Shown here: positions 28,126 to 41,055 of the stretch, in pieces | Position numbering within the stretch: position 1 is the stretch's first letter | Layout of the letters: every line of letters starts with the position of its first letter | Source: Balanoglossus misakiensis | Taxonomy: Eukaryota; Animalia; Hemichordata | NCBI GenBank assembly: GCA_040954595.2 | Contig: CM082589.2 | Span: 7,375,186 to 7,439,185, forward strand | Length of the DNA: 64,000 nucleotides | Direction of reading: 5' to 3' | The notes under the pieces: model-generated | Seen by the model: the letters and a program-made list of their open reading frames with translations, nothing else | Database searches by the model: none | What the model was told of the DNA's origin: nothing | Program-made: the position numbers and the translations under genes

Positions 28126-28547
28126 ATGCACGCATACCAACAAACACAAACACGCGCACACATTTCATTCTGCGACCCAAGTCCTTCATACATGACTCTT
28201 GCAGAGGCAATACAGTGCCTATGTTATGTACCTGCCACAAAGAACCACGTTCAGAATTTACACTTTACAGGAACGACTATATACATATGTAATATGTACT
28301 ATGCGTACACAATTAAATCACCCTATACAACATGAATATGATTAGAAAACCAAATGTTCATAATGTTGTCCAGTTGTTGGGGTTTGTCCTGGTTTCCAAA
28401 CTCTCTCCCGGTGTGTTCCATAAATTGCGTTGAGTGTCCAGGTTAATTGGAAAATATTTATGTTTACACATTAATTAGTCAATGTTACAAGACTATAACA
28501 GGCACATCCGTATTCATTTCCAATATGTGCTTCTATTGATCATCAAA

Positions 28548-31500
28548 TCACCCGCATTCCAAATTTGTTATGTCCACTTCACCCACTACTTCAGTGCAGG
28601 CCTTCTTGACTTTGTCGATGTCATCGCTTTCGGTTACCACTTCAGCTGCTCTTCTCTCCAACCCCTGTTTGCATTTGTCCCAAGCTGCAGATATGGCTTG
28701 CTGCCTTTCCTCATTCTGGCCCTTATTTTCCTCTTGATACTCCCGGTGGACATTTTCATCCAGTTGAACGTGGATTGCAATTTTTGTGTCAGACGGGTGA
28801 GTATAGATATCTGTTGATGAGGAGAGATACAAAGTGGCACTATCAACTATAAGTCAAAATAAGGATGTGCACAGAACAGTTTACATCAGAAAACGTGAGA
28901 TGTTAACTGCTACTATAAGATTCGTCATATAGTTGAGGAAATCTGTATATTTCGCGGTCTTAATTTTGTTCTGTGAACTCTGTTGGTTTGCCGTAAACTA
29001 CTGTCCAGTCTGAAGCCCCTTGATATCATGGTGACACTGACGACACTTCAGCAGACACAGAACAAACTGAACAACCCGTGCTGCTTAGCCGATACTGAAA
29101 GGGGACAACGACCAACTGGACAAGACCGTTTTGGGGACTGAAGTCGTGAAGACTGCTAATATTTCTTAAGGAAAGTGGAGGGTCACTCGATTTTGCGCGA
29201 GGAGAAGGGGGTCAGCATTTTTTGTGCAAGGAAATGGGGGGGGGGGGTCAGTATTTTTATGCATCCAGGTTTTGAATCGCACCAGCCTTGCCCTATTAAA
29301 TCTGACCAGTCCTTACAACAATTTGTCTATCGTCCGATCCACTTCGCTAGGTCAGAACTGTGCAAGTGTTTCACGTTTACTTGATCAATTATTAACGAGT
29401 ACTATGTCTGTGGTGTTCCCTAGCATTATTAACTATCATTATCTTTTTCACCACCTTACTACATCTCCAGAAATGTAGGTAAACGGATTGTAGCCGTCCA
29501 GGTCAAAAGTCTAGAACCGAATCACATGACTGTACAGTACAGCCGAATCAAAGAGTTGGGTTGCAAAATATTTTAAATGCCCCATACCTGCAAGATATTC
29601 ATCTTCGCTTCTTTGTCCTGGTGTCAACAAACTGGCAAAGTTAGCGTAAGTCTTATCAACATCTTCACACTCCATGAGAGCCTTCTTCAGCTCCTTAGCT
29701 TCTTCAAAAGCTAATCTTGTGTTCTTGATGGTCCATATTATCTTCTGTAATATCTTATCAGATGAGTGTGAAACTACAAATCTGGCTGCGTGGTATGGAA
29801 AATATTTCTTGAGTAACTTTCCAAGCTGGGAATATTCATCAGGATAGGTTGGTAGTCCAGCTGCTATAGATTCTAAACCGCTATACGGATAGTCCTTGTA
29901 GACAGAGACAGGCAGACAACTTTGAGATTGATGCACTGATATCATTAAGGTCTTTTCTGAGTAATCTGGGTAAGGATATGCCATTACATGATTGCTGTTC
30001 ATCTGCTGTAGAATATGCTTCAGTTCAGCCTCACCTGCTCCCCGTATTGACCAATTCAGAAGTTTGTTGTGAAAGTCTTTCACCATGTTTGCCGCACTTC
30101 CAATAGCAGCTGCTATTGTCTCACATCTGTCCAAGGCTTCTTGTGTATCAATCTGCCCGTATGTCAGTATGCTGTGAGTAGTCACTCCATCTAGGAACGT
30201 TGGGTCTTGTCTGAAAAAGACTTCAGCAGGTCTGGGGAAAATCTCTTCATGAGGGATCATGTGTAGTTCCCTGCCATCAAAGGTAGCCCGGTATTCATTC
30301 TTGAAATGCTCATACATACTTGGACCAATTGAGAATATGATGTCAGCTTCACTGGCCAGCTTCAGCATCATTTCACTAAACTTCCCTTTTGGTTGTTTCA
30401 ACAGACAGTTGCCTTCTTCATAGGCATGGTTGATCATCACTAGTTTTGCATCAGGAAACACTTTTTTTCTGATATTTGCAGCAGCGAATCCAGTTCTTGG
30501 AGCATAACCAACAACATACTTGATGTTTTGTAGCTGCCTGAGGTGATGGTAGTAGATTTCATGATATTTCGTCAACCATTTTAAATGTGGCTGATCATCT
30601 TCTGGTTCAGTGTTGTCTTCTGGTTGTTGTGCTGCAATCAATGTAACCCGACACTTGGCAGCATCTGCCCTCTGGTCATCACTGACTTTGACACCAACCA
30701 GAGTGGAGTAAGCTCTTCCTTTTGTGGTTTTCCTTTTACAGAAATCTTGTACGAGATTTCTGTGAAACCCAGTCAAGCCACAATCTTCTTTGTTCCATTC
30801 ATTATACACAAACAGTGCCCCAGGAGGTGGATCTGGAAGATGGAGTTCATGAATAGTTCATGAATAAATTGACAGAGGATGCAAGTAAAATATTTCATGT
30901 CACTTCTGTAATTTTCTTTGCAAATGAGCATTTCTAAAACTATAGAATGGATAGGTTTACTTTTGTTACCTTTTGGGTGAAATTTATTGTTCTTTAGAGA
31001 CTAATACATGCAACACAAATCACAATGCAATGAAAAAGAAACCGAATACCATTGAAATCAGTAGTGTGTGCATGTAGTGTTCGCAAAAATATATTTTAAC
31101 AACAACATTTGACTTCCTTGAAAAAACTAGGTTTCTCTTTCAAATAAACTTCAAATAAAATCACCTGTTTTCTTTATTTCCATTGTTGTAAGTTGCCTCA
31201 TAAGTTGGATGTCACCCCTCGTTTCCTTCTGCTGGTCAATATCAGATTGTGCACCAGATAATTGTAGCTTAGTTTGAAGTTTGGATATTAGTTCATTTTT
31301 TTCACCGAGCTCAGACTTTAATTTCCTAATATGGCTGAATGTTACTTCTTCAGCACGTTCACATCGCAGCAGGTTTTTTTGTAGTAGCGCCTTTTCGTGT
31401 TGAGCCTCATCCAGCATATTCTCTAAAATTTTCTTTTCTTTCAAAGCTTTTTCCAGTTTGGACTGAAATTTGGGCTGCTCTACCTCTAAATTGTATTTGT

Positions 31501-34500
31501 TCTCACAATCATCAAACTGCTTTGAACGAATTTGGAATGGAAGTAAGCTTTTAGCTTGAAGACTGAGTGGTGCAATGCTTGCTGTAATGGGACGCGTTGT
31601 TTTACCATGTTGGGTGATTTGGTCTTCCAGTTCTGTAACCAAAACACAATCACAACAATGAAACATAGTCTTCTTATCAGTTCTTGACATAGTATTTGCT
31701 GTAAACCAGCTAATGATGATTTCAAGAAGACTTGCATGTAAACAGTATTAATAGTATATTTGTTCGTTCATCAAAGGTCTAGACACACGATGTGTTATCT
31801 AGTGCTATTAAATGTAAAGTGCTAAACACTACATTTGAAGATCAATATTCCCAGCTCAAGCCATAACGTTGCCAACATTACATGTACTGGCTTATATATA
31901 TATATATATATGTACATTTGTAATTGTATGTGTCAAGTGCCGACCAAGTACTACGGTATAAATACTGTCAGTTTAAGACATTTTACATGTTGTCTTAACA
32001 TACGGTTTTTGAAATGTATAAAGTAATTTAACAAATAATTCTTTTAAACAAAAAAAAAAAAAAAAAAACACCGAATAATTCAGTTCGAGGAATTTCAAGA
32101 GGGCCGAATGGAAATTGGTTCAAAATGTGTAAACACTTTAATGCAATATTTGCAACACTATTGTTAATATTTATTCAACTAAAGTGGACATTAACAATAA
32201 ACACTTGAGTGATGATGGTTTACTCACCATATGAAATGAAATCTTGCCATCCAGTTTCAATCAGCAGGTACCTTGTAACACCCAGTAATGCCAGCACTTC
32301 TATTCTTGAAGTTAGAATATATTGAACTCTCTCTGTTATTTTCACTACTGCCCGAAGCATGTCACATTTCCCCCGTTTGTCTCTGCTATACGTCTCGGCG
32401 TCAAGTATATGCATTAGCGTTTCTTCAACCCATTGTAAGGATTTTGGATCCATCTCAAGAACCAACAACGATTTTCCATCTTCTGTGTGAAAAATGCAAA
32501 AGTAGTTTACGGTATCAAACTTTGCTTTATATAAACAAGAGATAAAATAAAGTACCAACTTTCAAATCATCTGCTTTTTATCGCTCACATGGTTTAGTTC
32601 ACCATGCATCAACCATTCACAAACGTCTTAAGTGCACTGAACCAATACAAAACAAAGATGTTGTCACACTGGAGTTCTTTTTCTAATGCAGGTTTCTATC
32701 ATTTTTGATATGATGCTATGATGCGAGATTTTTTTTCGACATATATATGACAATTAAAAAGAACGGCTCCTAGATATGCGTAAAATGTCTGACAAATATA
32801 TATTACATGCTGGTTTGCCGATTACACAATGTTGTGCGTTCACACCGTTGCCGAAAATATTGATAGGACACACAATGCTAGTCTCTGAAACATATTTTGC
32901 ATGCTCTTTACCTTGTTTTGAGAGATCTTCCTTGCACTGCTCATATTCTTCAACACTAAACACAGTTTGTATTTCCAAGTATATCGCTTTGATGTCCTTT
33001 AGAGTCTTTTCAGTTATCGTCGTCGATGTGATTATTTCAGTAAGCTGATGTGTTGTGTACTGGTGCCACAAGCATTTCAACGAAGCAAGTGTGTTGCAGT
33101 TTAGAGTATACACAACACTACTTCTATCTATGCCTTCAACTGGTTTTTGTACGACAATGTCTTGATGGATTTTCTTCAATTCCTCACAAGTGTCTACATC
33201 CACTTCTTTTAACTGTTGGTATGCCTGTGTTACTCCTAGCATGGTATGACCTTCCTCCGGAATACCACAGATATTTACCTGTAACTTCATTTGACCTGCC
33301 AATTAATAACATTAAATACCCCTTTATAGTTTGTAGGACATAAAATAACCAGTATGTAACTTGTTAATCCAGCCAGTATACTAGTATGTGTAATGAGCAT
33401 GCATTGGGCTGCCTTTTCTGTACTCTTTTTATTTGGAAAGTGTCTGTATTTTCAGAAGCCTCTGCGCTGAGTGACCTTTTACTAGACAGGTAATTGTGTT
33501 ATGCCTCGACTAGTTTGTATGACAGTGTGTTGTGAGTCTATGATGCATGGTCAGTTTGGTTTGATTTATAGATCTTTTGTGGATACCAAAGAATGTATCG
33601 CGTGAATAGCGTGCCTTGTATAATGAACCAGGCATGTGACCTGTAAATCAGTAAACAACCTGTCCAATCAAAGATGGGGGCGTGGTGTACTAGATAGCCA
33701 ATGGAAAATAAATGACATCGTAGTAGAGTGGCCTCGTCACAAAACGACAGACGTAAATCATTCCGCGATACTGCTCATTTCGTTCGTTGCTTGATTGTTA
33801 TTTTTCTGGTTTCTGATGATATCTTCTAAAATGGGACTTCAAGCTTAAGCGGGGAGGTCGTGGGCATGCACGGCATACTGGGGGTATTTGTGCCATGCAC
33901 CAAACCAAGCAGCAAGCATTGCAAGTCGGCGCACGAAACCACTGCGCCAAATATTCTACAGAAGTATGTTAACATCAAATTCTTTGTTCATAGTTGCAAG
34001 AGAACAGTTATATTGATGAACTCACCTTTGATTGAATTCTCCGAAACAAATGTCCCTATTCCCGACGCCTCAGACATTGTGAAATTAGAAGGAAATGCTG
34101 GCCAGTTGTATCCCAACGTATACTCAGAGTCTGTGCCTTTTCGTTCTGGCAGGTCAGTGTGCCGTGACTGCACTGCACTCTTGAACCTTTTTGCATCGCA
34201 GGACAGACGGCCGATCTGTGTTAGTCCGCAACAAAAAGCTATTTATAAATATGACTCATGTGTCCCTTGGCATGGTAAATTTAGACGGAAATGCTGGACT
34301 GGCTTGATAATGATTGAAAACACTGTTCTAAAGGCCACCGCACACGAGAGAAATCAGCTGAGCAAAACGTCATTCGAGGAATTTTGTTCATCAAGTTTTT
34401 CTCGTGTGCGGTGGTCTTCCTCGCGAGGAAAAATATCAAACACGCTGAATATCGTGATCCGCGGCCAAAAGTAAAAAGATCAGGAAAAACCGCCCGCACT

Positions 34501-37500
34501 CGGAAGGAAAATTGCTGAGCAAAATTCCTCGAATGACTTTTTGCTCAGCTAATTTCTCTTGTGTGCGGCGGCCTTTGGGGTTTATCATAGGGAGCTTAGG
34601 AAATGATGATGATAATAATAAAAAATGTAAAACAAAGTGTCATTTCTTGCTGTTTGTCTTATATATAGGTATAAAAGACGGGAGTGACGTTGGGCGACCT
34701 AGGTCGTGTTTTCCACGATTATGGTGTTTTTTTTACAGTTATCTACAACATCGACAAACAGCAAGAAATGATACATCGTTTTTTTTTTACATTTTTTATT
34801 ATTATCATCATCATTTCCTAAGCTCCCCATGGCTTTATCAGCATCAGTATTTTGTTTATATTTGTCCTACTTCTGTGTCCAGTCACTGTATCTGATTTGG
34901 TTTCTAGTTTGGCCGACATACTGACAGGAAATGATGTCACGGTTACAACAAAATATTTAAATGTTTATGAGCTTTGGCCTAGTTCATGTCTTTGGGTGTC
35001 TGCATTGCACTTGACGATGCCAAAATGGTTTGATGTACGAGTTACGACTTAGCTATACACCTAACACAAGCCAATATAATATTTCCGATCGATGGGACCT
35101 CAAAAAAAGATTGCAGGTACGTTTAGCTCAGAACCGCGTTTTCAATCATTATCAAGCCAGGTCAAGGTTCAAGTCGACTGGACTGGCTTTGGGGTACACG
35201 CCCACCTGGCACTTTGGCTTGAAAATTATCAAACCATACTGGGTGATATGAGATTCCAGACAGCAAAAAACCTCGACTTCAACACCCATATACATTTGTA
35301 GATTGTTTTTACGTGTTGTGGGTATTGCCATGGCACTGACCATTTTCACTGACCAATTTCACTCTCTGAGGCTATTTGGCTCTCTTATTCTCAGTTGAAT
35401 CCCAATTTGAAGAGAATTTGACCTTTTGCACGTAATTGTGTTGTGCCTCGAGTAGAATGGGCTGTGAGCTTCAGGTCAGTTTGGTGTCAGTGATATTTAG
35501 GACTGTTGTGGATACCAAATAATGTGTCGTGCGAATATCGACGTGCAGAGATAAAGCAAGATAAAGTAAGAACGGCATATCAATTTTAACTCATCGACGC
35601 CAAAAATCTACTTTGGAGAGACCGAATGATAATTTTGCATTTGAATAGACTGGCACACGTACCAACGATTGTCTAAAGGGACAAAGTCTCTCTCTCTCGC
35701 TGCCCTTTTTCCATTAATTAAGTTTGATACAAGATACTGTTTATGTCATTCTACATGTGAATATATAGTGAATCAATGCTCAACCACACACAACTTCCAT
35801 CCCACTTGTAGACACGAAAGTCAAAAAGACGCCAAAATGAATAATCGGTGTTTACCATTTATTCATTTTGGCGAGATTTTTACTCTCATATCCTACAAAC
35901 AGGATGGAAGTTGTGTGTGGTTGAATATTGAATCACTATATATCCACACGTACATTAACATAAACAGTGTCTTGTATCAAACATAATTAATGGAAAAGGG
36001 GCAGCGAGAGAGAGACTTTGTCCCTTTAAGCCCAAGAAGCATGTTAATACTGGACGCACTGTGGACAGCTTAGTCAACAGGACTGTCTCTGCTTGGTACT
36101 GAGCCAAATAGCAGCATAATTTGATGCATGGGCAGAACCTTTAAAGATCATGATTTGACGAGACATGTACTTTTGATAATAAATAAGTAGAGATCTTCAA
36201 TTGTTAAATATATGAATCTTGTTTATTAATATGCGCCTCTTGAACGGAATTTCAGTAAAATGACTATCATCTAAACTTTGAAATTTCTTGCTATATAAAA
36301 GTGTTTTGTAAACCAAACAGAAATCAAGGTGTTCATCATCCTGTTTTCATTAAAATAGCTGTTATAAATGTTCTCCATACAGTTAACGCAGAAACCACTT
36401 TGAATTTCACTCTCTGAGGCAATTTGGCTCTCTTATTCTCAGTTGAATCCCAATTTGAAGAGAATATAGGTTGGAAAATTCCGATGAATGGAATACCCAC
36501 GCGAATCTCACAAGCTACCTACCATAAAACATCACATGTGGCATGACACTTGCTAAAGAGACATGTTTTATAAAGGTTTGTCCGCTCTTGTATATCACTA
36601 CACCCATGAATTAAACCCAAAACTTATTCTATAATTCCCTGTATATATATTGACTACTAAATATTGACTTAATGTTGCAAATATTTAAAAAGATACATTT
36701 TGAAATATTGTCAACTCCCTCTTGGCATGTCAATAGCACCGCCCCCAAAAGCTATATTCTACATCCCATCATAACATTACACAATAACAAGATAATGTCA
36801 GTTATCAGCTTAGTTATTGGTAACCCGCTGACTGCAATCAATACACATAAGCCTGTTTACTGATACTGCCATTCTACCAGATTTCCTTTTTCATTTGTGA
36901 TTTGGGTAGCAATTGGCATTGTTATGTTCTGATATCTCTGCCTGTCTCTTCACAGCGTGTTGGTCGCTGCATGGTCTGTGCAGCTGGTACATTGAGCGAT
37001 CGCTCTCTCTCTGCCCCATTCTGTCCCTGATTTACTTGATTCTGGTGGGGACACTTTCATCAGACTTGATGTCAATTCGGGTTCAGTCGGAAAATGTGTA
37101 TGTGCCTTGAAGAGAAGTGAGAACATAAAAAAGATATGACAGTCTTCATGTTTGTATACGTTATAGTATTGTAAGTTCATCCGTTCAGGGTAAGTACAAA
37201 GTTTGACCATATTTATTAGTGATTTCCATGAACGATTGTTATACTTAAGGAATGGTTTGTTATGCAAATAATTTATGAAAGTCTTTTGATCATAAAACTC
37301 TTGTGGTCATCAAACTGTTGTATCACTAGTATGACCCAATGTTAGTGTGCTTTTCCTTAGTGTCGCACAAAATTGGCTACCTCAATGTCTTGACCTACTT
37401 CTAAAATTGAGCAAAAATCTCTTCACAAAGGACACAAGTTCAAATATAAACATAATTGATCTGTTATAACAAATGACGTCTACCCATTAATGATGGTATT

Positions 37501-38868
37501 CGTAATTCAAAATGTCATCCAATAATTTTCTTGATGAAAAGCTCACATAACAAATGTAAAGCTGTATTATTACAAGATACCTGAGTTTTCGCAAACCATG
37601 TTGTTCGTGTTGGTCTCGACTTCGCATGTTTCGTTCTCTTTTACTCGGGAGATGAATTTTGAGTTGATTTGATTTATTGCAGATCTGCTATCTGTTGTAA
37701 GGTTGTGTAGAATCTGTTTCACCTCAACTCCTTTGGTCAAGTAGGTTTGGTAATGCGAAAAGATCAGTAGGATCCTATCCGCCAGTAACTCTGGCTTAGT
37801 CATGTCGACCACCATATAGTCTTCGTAACTTAGGAAGTATTTCCTGATGAGATCGTGACAGGGAGAGTACATAGCGACCAAAAGAGGTATTCCGATGGCC
37901 ATAGCAGTGATGAGTAAGTGTAGGTAGTTCATCCCAGTGGAGGGTGGAATGAGAACGAGGTGGGCATATTTAAGATGATGCTCAGGTAGAAGTTTGGTTG
38001 ACGACGAGACGGGATAGACAGGTAGGTGAGGATGAGCTTCCAGAATGTCTCGAAACTTCTTGGTCTCATTTATTTCTTCTGATACGCCATAAATCTTCCA
38101 AGTAGGAGGATATTCTAATAATTCACAACGGTTTTGCACGACTACATTTATGGCCGCCGACAAAGCTTTGTGACTCTGCATATGTCCCGAATCGAACTCT
38201 TCAAGACACGACACGATGAGATATTTCTGACCATTTCCTGGGACAATCCCAGGGTGCTTCAGTCGAAACAGTTTATCATCAGGCATCGGCAAGATTTGGA
38301 AATGTTTGTTATCACCCAATCGCTGACAAACGTGACTTAAAGTGTGATGGTCGATAGATATTACTGAATTTGCAGATTCAAGTTCAGAATCCAACAAATC
38401 AATAAGATTATGTAAATCCTCCTTGTCACATCCTACAATGCTGTGCGATAAGCCGTCGGTGGGCCACAAATTTGTAACATAATAATTTGCTTTGTCATAA
38501 AAATGTTTTTGGATGAACGAGGTGGCTGTTGAAGTTGCCAATGAAAAACCCAAAACAAACTTTATGTTTTCCAGATCAAGTACATGTGGAAAGTAAGACT
38601 CAATCGAAATCAACCACTCTCGACACGGCTTCTTGATATTAAGAAGAGTTCTTGGCCGAGGCGAGATTAATCTGACATTAAGCGACTTTGCCTCTATTTC
38701 ATCTGCCGCTGTGAGTTTCAACACCGTGCAGTATACAATCAACCCTGCTGCATGGAAGAGTCGGACAAGAATGCGTATGGCTGCAGGAATACCTCCCTGG
38801 AATGGTGATTCCCATCTGTCGGCTATGATCAAGACACCAGGTCCAGATTCTGTTCGCTCTGCCATCAT
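28548..38868 (-). CDS. Uncharacterised multidomain protein (~1300 aa): GT4/GT-B glycosyltransferase-like domain, TRADD-N-like domain, helical linker, coiled coil, second GT4-like domain, truncated C-terminal module
   Basis: Exons 38868-37581, 33295-32912 (384 bp), 32482-32228 (255), 31632-31165 (468), 30832-29588 (1245) and 28810-28548. All introns are phase-1 GT/AG and the join is open (3903 bp). GT-B-like motifs: GVLIIADRWESPFQGGI, AHLVLIPP...AMAIGIPLLV; GALFVYNEWNKEDCGLTGFHRNL, ADIIFSIG, GLESIAAGLPT. TRADD-N-like: SSVVYTLNCNTLASLKCLWHQY...EEYEQCKEDL. A probable 5' UTR exon ends at the donor at 39520. Confidence 0.8.
34332..34574. mobile_element. PIF/Harbinger-like MITE
   Basis: Inverted termini of about 60 bp: AGGCCACCGCACACGAGAGAAAT.AGCTGAGCAAAA.GTCATTCGAGGAATTTTG ... 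CAAAATTCCTCGAATGACTTTTTGCTCAGCT.ATTTCTCTTGTGTGCGGCGGCCT. Confidence 0.8.
35677..36025. mobile_element. Foldback MITE, palindromic over its whole length, TTAA-flanked (Kolobok-like AG..CT termini)
   Basis: AGGGACAAAGTCTCTCTCTC...GAGAGAGAGACTTTGTCCCT; the arms pair all the way to a central GCCAAAATGAATAA...TTATTCATTTTGGC. Flanked by CTAA and TTAA. A half copy lies at 51584-51779. Confidence 0.9.
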
Positions 38869-39824
38869 GAGACTATAAGAAACAAGCATATAAAATTGAC
38901 GTTGTTAGAAAGTATACATTAGATCAGGGTAGAATACGTGCAAATACTAATAATTAGTTGCATGTAATATTCTTGCATACATGCTTTGCAGGATGACCCG
39001 TATACGACCGAGCCTCCTTCCTTGTACTTCCGGTGGTATGAAGTTGTCAAAATTCAGCATTGTGGTACAAAAACGTGTAGATTATTGTTTGAAACAGTGA
39101 CACTTTTGTAAATCAATACATAAATCATTGACTACAACTGCAATTATAGTTTTGTAGAGGTTTTAGTCAACTTGATGTGTTAATCATTCTATTAGATAGA
39201 AGTACGAGGATGTGAGGTCATGAAGTAAGGCCTCACGGTCAGAGTGTCGGAGGCTTGACCTTGTTTTTATGGCGGGCCACTGCCATTCTGTGTTATTTTA
39301 AAACGCTGTTGATATCGTACTTGTTCGCCCAGTTCCCGCCTATTAAATTATAAGTGTAAATGGGTAGCCTACCGACCGGGCCTACCGACAGCAGTAAGTT
39401 TAACCAGTTCAAAATTGTTCTAGGCTACAGCAGTTGCACTTCCGTTGTGCATTATGTTCAACTTTGAGTTTTGGATTTTTGGACCGATATTCTTTTTGGG
39501 TGAACGCCAGTGTACTCACCTGCGTATAACGAAACAACGGTAAAATGCCCAAAGTTGCTAAAGACAGTTCAGGAGGGAATGCAGGTGAACTATTTTGTGG
39601 TGTCTGTGTGTCCCGTCTTTGCGGGGGGTGAAAATATACCTTGCACCCACGCCACGTGATACAATCAATAGAGCGGTTGCCGCAAAGGACATAGTGTATG
39701 AACGGATGTCAGTCTGACAGTCAAAGTTCACGCTTGAATTTTGGTCAAGTAACCAACAGTGTGTAGGTGTGGCTAATCCATTCCAACATGAATAGCCGAG
39801 GCCAGAAATCATTAGCCGCATACA

Positions 39825-41055
39825 TGTTGTCATAACAAGCACAACTTTATTAGGGGTCCTTGTAATACAGTAGGACTACCTGGGTTACTGAGTACACCCT
39901 ATAACATCTCCTTTTTCCATAAAACACGCTGGCATAGTGCATGCAGTGTGAACAAAAAACACACCTTTTTGAACACTAAAATTTGAATAAATTCTAAATT
40001 CCAACTGCAAGTCAATAGTCAAATATATTAACTTGAAGAAACATGCAATCTCAAGCGATCCGCGAGTCCAACGCAAATCAGTTCAAATGTTCAAATGAAG
40101 CGATAACTGAATTTTGTCAAGTTCACAGACTGTCTATAATGCAATGTTCTCATCAGTCAAAATAGTTCACTACTGAACAGCGTCTTGTGATGATGAGTCA
40201 AACAGTTACTATTTTGAGTCAATAAGTCTCTGAGGCGATGAGATCTGGCTGCAGGCTGTGTCAATCCGGCTGTTGGCTGTGACCTTGGAGAGGTGTCTCC
40301 ACTGACCTTCAGTGGACTTGCAAACGGCGGGGCGCTGAAGGCAGTTCTTCATTACAAGGTGGCTCAGGTGTGCTGACGGTGTGGCTTTTTGCGCGCGAGT
40401 GAATACGGTTTCTGCGATAGATCCGCCCACCAACATTCACTAGATAACTTCTGGGTATTGCTTCACTCGTCAGCACTCCTGGTAACCATGGTGACCGGCT
40501 TACTTTGGGACGTGTTTTGACTCTGACCGGTTGACCCACTATCAGTTGAGGCAGCGTCTTTGCATTTTGGTCATAGTATTTCTTTGCAAGTTTACGTTTC
40601 TGGATAACTGTCTCTGGCACTGCATCAACTACCATTGACTTGTACAGACTGTCCTTACATCAGGGGTACGTAAGAAAACGGCGTGGCGAACCAAAACGCT
40701 ATAGTTGACCCCTAAAAATACCTAGAAAATACATGTTGAGGGCGCATATTTTAAATATTTATGTTACATGGTAGGAATGAACGTGTGCGTCTCGCCATGA
40801 AGCGCTGTACTGGCGGAGAGTCTTACCCGGGGGTTGGGGCGTTGCGCCATTCCAAGATAGCTTGCCACATATCTTTTCCACTGCTAATAGCTTTCTTCAC
40901 GATACCTTTTACTATCTTCACTGCAGACTCGGCTTTTCCATTTGAGTTACTGTGGTATGGACTGCTTGTGATATGTTCAAAGTCCCATGAACGTGCAAAT
41001 ACAGCAAACTCATGTGAGTCGTACTTGGGGCCGTTGTCACTGATCAACGTCATCG
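39825..41055 (-). mobile_element. Degraded Ty3/Gypsy LTR retrotransposon 3' end (integrase core and C-terminus, polypurine tract, short LTR)
   Basis: LISDNGPKYDSHEF...HITSSPYHSNSNGKAESAVKIVK...WRNAP and KKYYDQNAKTLPQL.VGQPVRV...PRSYLVNVGGRIYRRNRIH, with stops and frameshifts. On the minus strand the PPT GGAAAAAGGAGA is followed directly by TGTTAT...AATAAA...ACAACA (39906-39825). Confidence 0.88.

Noticed and set aside
28930-29094. Possible exon between the second GT-like exon and the last exon
   Set aside because: In-frame stop shortly after the acceptor and no recognisable similarity.
33860-34474. 204-aa plus-strand ORF in an intron of the GT-like gene
   Set aside because: It runs through a MITE, begins with a non-ATG start, and shows no recognisable domain.
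36878-37105. Possible extra exon of the GT-like gene (acceptor about 37106, donor about 36877)
   Set aside because: All three frames contain stops between these sites, and the flanking exons already join in phase without it. It may be a decayed exon.
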